NCBI GenBank assembly: GCA_000091165.1
Contig: FP565575.1
Location: 2,280,001 to 2,312,000, forward strand
DNA: 32,000 bases
Direction: 5' to 3'
DNA from: Candidatus Methylomirabilis oxygeniifera
GTDB lineage: Bacteria > Methylomirabilota > Methylomirabilia > Methylomirabilales > Methylomirabilaceae
Shown: positions 26,260-32,000 of the stretch, in pieces
Numbering within the stretch: position 1 is the first letter of the stretch
Layout of the letters: the number at the start of each line of letters is the position of its first letter
The notes under the pieces: generated by a model
The model's input: the letters and a program-made list of their open reading frames with translations, nothing else
Database searches by the model: none
What the model was told of the DNA's origin: nothing
Made by a program: the position numbers and the translations under genes

Positions 26260-26994
26260 TCACTCTACACCCTGTACCCTGTTTTTGAGGCGTTCCACCA
26301 ACGTCGTGGAAATGGAGCCGCTTCGCTGTCCTCCCTCGCAGGCCGCGGTTCGTACACCGACAATGTCGGCGCCGAGCGCCAGGGCTTTGGAAAGATCCGC
26401 CTGCTGCAAGGAGCCCGCCAGGGCACAGAAGAGCTCCCGATCGTGGCACTGCTGAATGAAGCGGGTGATGGTCTCCTCCGGAAGGCACTGGAAGAGCGTC
26501 CGTCCGTCTTTGATGGCGGTATCGATGAGGCAGCCCTCAACAAAGGGGGCGGCGGCACCGGGCAGCTCAAGCGGATCGACCGAACCAACGAGGGCGGCAT
26601 CGGCGTACACGCAGGCTACCAGACCCACTGTGCCGTTCGCCATCCGTAACGCGCCACTGACGGCATCGAGCAGGTTGGCCGCCTCCGCTCCTGTCCTGGC
26701 CCCCAGCAGTCCCACCTTGACGAATCGAACCCCGCAGGTGGCGGCGCCCAGACCGGCAAGGGCTACGGTCCCCGGAAGGTTCGGGACGTCGCCGATCGAT
26801 GCGCTGACAGGGGTCGCGCCCCGGACAGTTCTCACGATCGCCGAGATAGTCTCCGGCCGCCCGGCGCCCAGCGACCCTTCCGCCGGGTTTTTCACGTCGA
26901 TGATATCGGCTCCACCGGCCAACGCGGCTGCTGCCTCTTGCTCGTCCCGCACACTGATCATGAGCTTCATCGCGATTCTCCGAAAGCTGTGCAT
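26260..26994 (-). CDS. (5-formylfuran-3-yl)methyl phosphate synthase (MfnB)-like
   Basis: MKLMISVRDEQEAAAALAGGADIIDVKNPAEGSLGAGRPETISAIV...GVRFVKVGL, diagnostic MfnB/DUF556-like sequence. The track ORF begins at MHSFRRIAMKLM; the likely start is the internal ATG at MKLM. Confidence 0.85.
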   Translation of the reverse strand: MHSFRRIAMKLMISVRDEQEAAAALAGGADIIDVKNPAEGSLGAGRPETISAIVRTVRGATPVSASIGDVPNLPGTVALAGLGAATCGVRFVKVGLLGARTGAEAANLLDAVSGALRMANGTVGLVACVYADAALVGSVDPLELPGAAAPFVEGCLIDTAIKDGRTLFQCLPEETITRFIQQCHDRELFCALAGSLQQADLSKALALGADIVGVRTAACEGGQRSGSISTTLVERLKNRVQGVE

Positions 26995-27108
26995 TCACGT
27001 GTGACCGTTGTCTTGTATCGGAAAGCGCCAGAGAGTGTCAAGCAAGAAATGCATGAACAACGCCGTTGGCCTTGACAGAGATACGGCCTTCATGATACAT
27101 ATTCCCAT

Positions 27109-27354
27109 ATGAAGACTACCATAGAGGTTACTGATACGCTTTTGCGTGACGCCAGACAATTGGCTGCCAACGAAGGCACCACATTACGGGCCCTCGTAGA
27201 AGAGGGCTTGCGCCGGATTCTCGCTGAGCGGGAACAAGGTGGCAGGTTTCATCTTCGAAAAGCCACTTTCAAGGGTAGCGGACTTCAGCCAGGTCTAACC
27301 ACGGCCTCATGGGACCGCATCCGCGAGATGATCTATGAAGGGCACGGCGGGTGA
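27109..27354 (+). CDS. VapB-like antitoxin
   Basis: MKTTIEVTDTLLRDARQLAANEGTTLRALVEEGLRRIL, RHH-type; overlaps the toxin by 4 nt. Confidence 0.82.
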   Translation: MKTTIEVTDTLLRDARQLAANEGTTLRALVEEGLRRILAEREQGGRFHLRKATFKGSGLQPGLTTASWDRIREMIYEGHGG

Positions 27355-27785
27355 TCGCCGTTGACACGAATCTTCTAGTCTATGCCCATCGGGAAGATTC
27401 CCCATGGCACACAGCCGCCTACGCGCGGATCGCCGAGCTGGCGGAGAGTCGAGCGCCTTGGGCAATTCCCTGGCCTTGCCTTCATGAGTTCCTAGCCATC
27501 GTAACCCATCCTACGATCTACGCTCCTGCAACCCCCCTTGCTATCGCTCTCGATCAGGTCGATGCCTGGCTAGAGTCGCCGAGCCTCACACTCCTTACCG
27601 AAATGAGCGGGTACTGGATCCAACTGCGTCACGCCATCCAGAAAGGCCAGATCGCCGGTCCACAAGTGCACGATGCGCACATTGCCGCCCTCTGTCGCCT
27701 GCATGGTGTGCGCGAGCTGTGGACCGCTGATCGCCATTTCGGGCGGTTTCCGGATCTCCCCGTGCGCAATCCGCTCGTCGAGTGA
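27351..27785 (+). CDS. VapC-like PIN-domain toxin
   Basis: MIAVDTNLLVYAHREDSPWH...VHDAHIAALCRLHGVRELWTADRHFGRF, PIN acidic residues. Confidence 0.88.
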   Translation: MIAVDTNLLVYAHREDSPWHTAAYARIAELAESRAPWAIPWPCLHEFLAIVTHPTIYAPATPLAIALDQVDAWLESPSLTLLTEMSGYWIQLRHAIQKGQIAGPQVHDAHIAALCRLHGVRELWTADRHFGRFPDLPVRNPLVE

Positions 27786-27878
27786 GATCGAAATCGGGAC
27801 CAGTCTACAATTTCCTTTTTCCAGCGCGTCACTGAAGTGAAGAAATAAGTATTGTGCCTCGGATTCGCGGATTCGCAT

Positions 27879-28628
27879 CTAATCTTGTTTGTGTTGACAT
27901 CGTGGAAAGTTGCTACAACCGTAGAACTTACTAAACTTGCCTATGCGTCTTATCAACTGTGCCCCACAATGGGGGCATATCAAGGCCCTCTCTTTCATTT
28001 TCCTAATTTTTACATTCCACTTGATGCGGCTTATATGGTCCATTTTGGCCTGTTTATCTTTTATAGAGGCTCCTGTCAGGGTAGTAACTATCTCGCCTAT
28101 TTCGTTGTCGTTTAACTTTCTTTGACCTCTATGCTTCATTATGGTCTCAAAGAGAGCATCTAGGCAGATCACATCTGTTGTTACATCAAGATTTTTGAGC
28201 CTTCCTTTTCCAGCAAATACAATGATTGGATAGTAAGGAAGGTCTTTGTATTCCGATAGGTTCTCTCTTATAGCATAGATGTGTGCCCAGTTTTGTTTAA
28301 TGGGGTTGCGGAACTTGAACTTGGATTTATAAAAAGTTTGGACCCAGTATTCGGAGTCTTCCTTGCCGTGAATCCACCCTCCGTAGTCTTTTGTCTCTAT
28401 CACGAAGATTCCGTAGGGAGAAATAACCATATGGTCTATCTGGCTCGTTCCCTGCTTCCCTTTAAGGGTAAGATCATTGAGAATTTTGTAATTTTCTTCG
28501 GGTAACCTTCTTAGCTGTTCCCGAACTCTCCTTTCACCAATCAGCCCTTTAATCTCTGGATGCTTCAGAATGGGCGCAATGATTATAATGATCATTATGA
28601 TCAACAAGACAAGAACTGCGATCCACAT
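27879..28628 (-). CDS. NERD nuclease-related domain protein with topoisomerase-type zinc finger
   Basis: N-terminal TM segment, GERRVREQLRRLP...IDHMVISPYGIFVIETKDYGG (NERD), C-terminal CPHCGAQLIRRIGKFSKFYGCSNFPRC. Confidence 0.85.
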   Translation of the reverse strand: MWIAVLVLLIIMIIIIIAPILKHPEIKGLIGERRVREQLRRLPEENYKILNDLTLKGKQGTSQIDHMVISPYGIFVIETKDYGGWIHGKEDSEYWVQTFYKSKFKFRNPIKQNWAHIYAIRENLSEYKDLPYYPIIVFAGKGRLKNLDVTTDVICLDALFETIMKHRGQRKLNDNEIGEIVTTLTGASIKDKQAKMDHISRIKWNVKIRKMKERALICPHCGAQLIRRIGKFSKFYGCSNFPRCQHKQD

Positions 28629-28963
28629 TATTTTACTCTGGATGTTGCAGCTGATCTTCTGCGGTAGCCTCTATCGCAGCAACTGCATTGCGGTTGGCAA
28701 CACTCGGGAGTAAGCGGAGGAGTGTGAGATGGACGAAGCGGCGGATGCCGATGAGAACAAAACGGGAGGATCTCGGCGAGCTTGGCGGCGAAACCGATCC
28801 GCTTGGCAAAGGCCCTGAAGAGGGCTACGCCCCTAAAGACTGTCACAGGTTTATCCATGAGGGCGAGTCCAATTGTCTTGGAGCTATCCAACGGAGCAAC
28901 CTGCACCTGCATCGTTTTGTCCCTCTTCGGTGTGTGGGTGGTAACGTAATTCCGCATTACCAA
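28628..28963 (-). pseudogene. Transposase remnant (frameshifted)
   Basis: PVTVFRGVALFRAFAKRIGFAAKLAEILPF, then a frame change. The adjacent frame reads VLIGIRRFVHLTLLRLLPSVANRNAVAAIEA, resembling the N-terminal part of an IS4/IS1380-like transposase. Confidence 0.5.
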
Positions 28964-29280
28964 ATAGCTAGGAGCAGGACAATGCTTTTTTATCTGTAAT
29001 GATGTGGCTTACACCGTAATTATGACACTTAATGCCTTATTCAAGCTAGAACTTTATATCTCTATCTTCTCAAGCGGATTGTAATCCGCTCATAGTGAGT
29101 GTCAAGTTGAAAGCGGTGCAAGGAATGCGTAAGGCGTGCCATCGGTCCGCGTCGATTGCCTTTTCTGTTAACCCATTTTTGCTTGCCGACCTTACCTCCC
29201 TCCGTTATAGTGGCAACATCAATAGTGCAGCTATCAGCCGTCTTTCTATAGGTATTTGGGGCCTCATTCTTTCCGGATTC

Positions 29281-29315
29281 TAGCTGATAGCTGAATGCTG
29301 ATTGCTGATAGCTGG
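29281..29315 (+). repeat. Heptamer tandem array, (T/A)(A/T)GCTGA type
   Basis: TAGCTGA TAGCTGA ATGCTGA TTGCTGA TAGCTGG, five consecutive 7-bp units just upstream of the ubiD-like ATG (29323). Confidence 0.85.
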
Positions 29316-29322
29316 AGTTAAC

Positions 29323-30768
29323 ATGGCATACGAGGATCTGCGGGGCTTTATTGCGGCGCTGGAGCGGCAGGGACTGCTGAGGCGGATCACGACCCAGGTC
29401 GATCCGATTCTCGAGGTCACTGAGATCACTGATCGAATCAGCAAGCGGCTCGGACCGGCGCTGCTGTTCGAGCGAGTCAAAGATTCGTCCATGCCGCTGC
29501 TGATCAACGCCTTCGGCTCTGAGGCGCATCTCTGCCTGGCGTTGCAGCGCGCGTCGCTGGACGAATTGGCCGAGGAACTGGACGGCATCCTCGAGATCAA
29601 GAGCCCGGAGGGGTGGATCGAGAAGCTCAAGATGTTGCCGAAGCTTACGGAGATGGCGAGTTACCTGCCCAAACGGGTGAAGGATGGCCCGTGCAAAGAG
29701 GTGCGCATCACGAAGGATCCCTCGTTTGACCTGTTACCGGCCATCAAGTGCTGGCCGATGGACGGCGGCCGGTTCATCACGTTTCCCCTGGTCTTCACCA
29801 AAGACCCGGACACCGGCACGCGTAACTGCGGTATGTATCGGATGCAGATCTATGACGAACGGACCGCGGGCATGCACTGGCACGTCCACCACGGCGGGGC
29901 CAGGCATTACGAGAAAAACCGGCAATTGGGGCGCCGTACTGAGGTCGCTGTGGCCATTGGGCCGGATCCGGCCACGACGCTATCGGCCGTCATACCGGCG
30001 CCCGATGGGATTGACGAGATGCTGATCGCCGGCTTCCTGCGGAAACAGGCCGTCGAGCTAACCCAGTGCGAGACCGTCGACCTGGAGGTTCCGGCCAATG
30101 CCGAGATCGTCCTGGAAGGATACGTCGAGCCCAATGAACTACGCCTGGAAGGGCCGTTTGGCGACCACACCGGCTTTTATTCCCTCCCTGACTATTACCC
30201 CGTCTTTCACCTGACGGCCATCACCCATCGCCGGGACCCGATCTATCAAACCACCATCGTCGGCCGCCCACCCATGGAGGACTGCCACATGGGGACGGCC
30301 GTGGAACGGATGTCCCGACCCCTCCTGAGAAAACAGTTGCCTGAGATCGTAGACTTCCACATGCCGTTCGCCGGGGTCTTCCACAACCTTGTCATCGTGA
30401 GTCTCGACAAAGCCTACCCGGGCCACGCGCGCAAGATCATGCACGCGATCTGGGGCCTTGGCCAGGCGATGTTCTCGAAGGTGATCGTCGTCGTGGACAA
30501 GGATGTGAACGTCCGTGATCCGGCCGAAGTGGTCTGGAAGGTCCTGAACCACATCGACCCGGAGCGTGACATCGAGTTTGTCATGGGGCCGGTCGAAACC
30601 CTGGATCATGCCAGCCGGCTGCCGAAGTACGGCTCAAAGATGGGGATCGACGGAACGCGGAAGTGGAAGGAAGAGGGATTCACGCGCGAGTGGCCGGAGG
30701 AACAGGTGATGGATCACGACACCAAGACCCTCGTGGACCGACGCTGGAAAGAGTACGGCCTGGGTTAA
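29323..30768 (+). CDS. UbiD-family decarboxylase (prenylated-FMN dependent)
   Basis: MAYEDLRGFIAALERQGLLRRI...GMYRMQIYDERTAGMHWHVHHGGARHY...ELRLEGPFGDHTGFYSLPDYYPVFHL...VVVDKDVNVRDPAEVVWKV. Confidence 0.93.
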   Translation: MAYEDLRGFIAALERQGLLRRITTQVDPILEVTEITDRISKRLGPALLFERVKDSSMPLLINAFGSEAHLCLALQRASLDELAEELDGILEIKSPEGWIEKLKMLPKLTEMASYLPKRVKDGPCKEVRITKDPSFDLLPAIKCWPMDGGRFITFPLVFTKDPDTGTRNCGMYRMQIYDERTAGMHWHVHHGGARHYEKNRQLGRRTEVAVAIGPDPATTLSAVIPAPDGIDEMLIAGFLRKQAVELTQCETVDLEVPANAEIVLEGYVEPNELRLEGPFGDHTGFYSLPDYYPVFHLTAITHRRDPIYQTTIVGRPPMEDCHMGTAVERMSRPLLRKQLPEIVDFHMPFAGVFHNLVIVSLDKAYPGHARKIMHAIWGLGQAMFSKVIVVVDKDVNVRDPAEVVWKVLNHIDPERDIEFVMGPVETLDHASRLPKYGSKMGIDGTRKWKEEGFTREWPEEQVMDHDTKTLVDRRWKEYGLG

Positions 30769-30835
30769 AGAAAAGCTGTCAGCGATCAGCCGTCAGCACG
30801 CTGAACACTGAACACTTGCTGAGGAGGTATCGGAT

Positions 30836-31339
30836 ATGAGTACTCTGTTGCGACGAATACGGTTCATTGTCTTTCTAATCGGTACACTACTCATCGCCCG
30901 CGCAGTCCAGGCTGCGCCTGTTCCGGACTTTACGCTCCCGCTCCTGGATGGAAAGTCTGTCGCACTGAAGGACTTTCGCGGTAAGCCGGTTCTGATCAAC
31001 TTCTTCCACTCCAAATGACCCCACTGTCAACGGGAGGCTCCCGTTCTGGCAAAGATTTACCAGCAGTACAAGGGCAAAGGCCTCGTGATGCTGGGCGTGA
31101 ACGTCTTCCGAGATAACGAAGCCGATGCGCGAAGGTTTGTTGAGGAGTATAAGGTGCCGTACCCCGTTGGACACGACAGCACCGGCGAGATCGGCAGGCT
31201 GTATAAAATCGAAGGCACGCCGACCACCTTCCTGATTAATAAAGACGGCAGCTTATATGGACGCTCGGTCGGGGCCATGACAGAGGATGAGTTTCACACA
31301 TCTATTGATGCTCTGCTCAACCAGAAAGGAAAGCCGTAG
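30836..31339 (+). CDS. TlpA/ResA-like thioredoxin-fold protein, probable selenoprotein (U60-P-H-C)
   Basis: Frame 30836-31339 is open except for TGA at 31016-31018, which lies exactly where the first CxxC Cys belongs (LINFFHSK-TGA-PHCQREAPVLAKIYQQYKGKGLVMLGVN...GTPTTFLINKDG). N-terminal signal peptide and good SD (gaggaggtatcggatATG). Given as two ORFs in the track (30836-31018, 31085-31339). Confidence 0.78.
31025..31051 (+). promoter_or_regulatory. Candidate bacterial SECIS element
   Basis: Perfect 7-bp stem AACGGGA (31029-31035)/TCCCGTT (31039-31045) with GGC loop. It extends by UGUC (31025-31028)/GGCA (31048-31051) across a 2-nt bulge. The loop starts 17 nt after the TGA. Confidence 0.65.
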
Positions 31340-31753
31340 GTGATTCTGGTAAGGAGATATCACATGGGAAAGTCGATGGCGTCGATGATAACGGGGCTCG
31401 TGGTGGTGTTCGTCGCCGGGCTCTCTATCGGCTGGGCGCAGCAGGCCACGGTCACGCTCGTGTCGCCGAAGGATGGGGACACCATAGGTCCTCGTATGTT
31501 GATACAGTGGGAGTTCAAGCCGGCGGGAGATGTCAACCATATCCATCTCTACCTGGACGGGCTCAACCCGGGGCCACCGTTCGGGACCTCGATGGAACTC
31601 ACGGGCCTCCCGAACGGGCCGCACATCGTCAGGATCGTTGGGGCGAATACGCGCCACCAGGAGGTCGGACCTGAAGCCAGCGCGAAGGTGACGGTACATG
31701 GCGGAGCGCCGACCACGCCGCTACCGGCCCCCAGGCGGAGCCGCGCGTACTAG
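31340..31753 (+). CDS. Secreted hypothetical protein, possible Ig-like/copper-resistance-like fold
   Basis: Signal peptide (MASMITGLVVVFVAGLSIGWAQQ), then ATVTLVSPKDGDTIGPRMLIQWEF...HIHLYLDG; SD-like GGTAAGGAG lies nearby. Exact start uncertain. Confidence 0.55.
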   Translation: MILVRRYHMGKSMASMITGLVVVFVAGLSIGWAQQATVTLVSPKDGDTIGPRMLIQWEFKPAGDVNHIHLYLDGLNPGPPFGTSMELTGLPNGPHIVRIVGANTRHQEVGPEASAKVTVHGGAPTTPLPAPRRSRAY

Positions 31754-31848
31754 TCGCGGGGCTCTGAGGGAAGCGGAGGACCGGCTGGCCGGTTCGGATC
31801 ATGGTCGCCCCGCGACCCTCCTGTCCCTGGCTAGCATCTCCGCGCGGT

Positions 31849-32000
31849 TCACTCGGCGCGCCCTCTCATCTGTTCTTCAGTCTCTCGCCGGAGGAGTCGG
31901 ATCGTCTCTTCATAGATGGTCCGACGGGGTCCGATCGCCACAAGGTCGATCGCTGCAGGCGTGATTCGGTAGATGACCCGAAGCCTCCCGACTCGCACAC
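31849..32000 (-). CDS. C-terminal part of RelE/ParE-type toxin, runs off the window edge
   Basis: Minus strand reads VRVGRLRVIYRITPAAIDLVAIGPRRTIYEETIRLLRRETEEQMRGRAE*, a typical RelE-like 'RVGxxRVIY' end; absent from the ORF track because it is partial. Confidence 0.6.
   Translation of the reverse strand, partial: VRVGRLRVIYRITPAAIDLVAIGPRRTIYEETIRLLRRETEEQMRGRAE

Noticed and set aside
30836-31018. Simple truncated 60-aa thioredoxin fragment plus separate ORF at 31085-31339
   Set aside because: The frame is continuous and only one TGA intervenes, at the catalytic Cys position, so a split or ordinary pseudogene is the less economical reading. A TGT/TGC to TGA mutation remains the alternative to exclude.

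Overview
The window looks like a chromosomal segment of a one-carbon/Calvin-cycle bacterium; the gene content resembles NC10/Methylomirabilis, but that is inferred and was not searched. Core genes: glyQ-glyS, a pyrE-type phosphoribosyltransferase, a PagL-like outer-membrane protein, a pterin carbinolamine dehydratase, a Calvin block (glpX, tkt, gap, prk), a pterin/C1-cofactor cluster (PTPS, HisA-like, MfnD-like ATP-grasp, H4MPT-linked protein), a fused rlmKL-like methyltransferase, MfnE- and MfnB-like genes, a ubiD-family decarboxylase and a TlpA-like thioredoxin. An accessory island (about 17.05-25.1 kb) sits between them. It holds a RAYT/IS200-like transposase with 20-bp inverted ends, an IS630 remnant, a DUF262-HNH protein, an apparently ORF-less group II intron, a compact C-R/M restriction-modification cassette with overlapping divergent promoters, and a TPR-HExxH protein coupled to an unknown protein. 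The strongest unannotated signal is a probable selenoprotein at 30836-31339. The six-frame track splits this TlpA-like thioredoxin at an in-frame TGA that replaces the first Cys of the CxxC motif, and a hairpin with SECIS-like geometry follows directly. A second unusual signal is a set of intergenic arrays of degenerate 7-bp tandem repeats found around core genes and not noticed inside the island.
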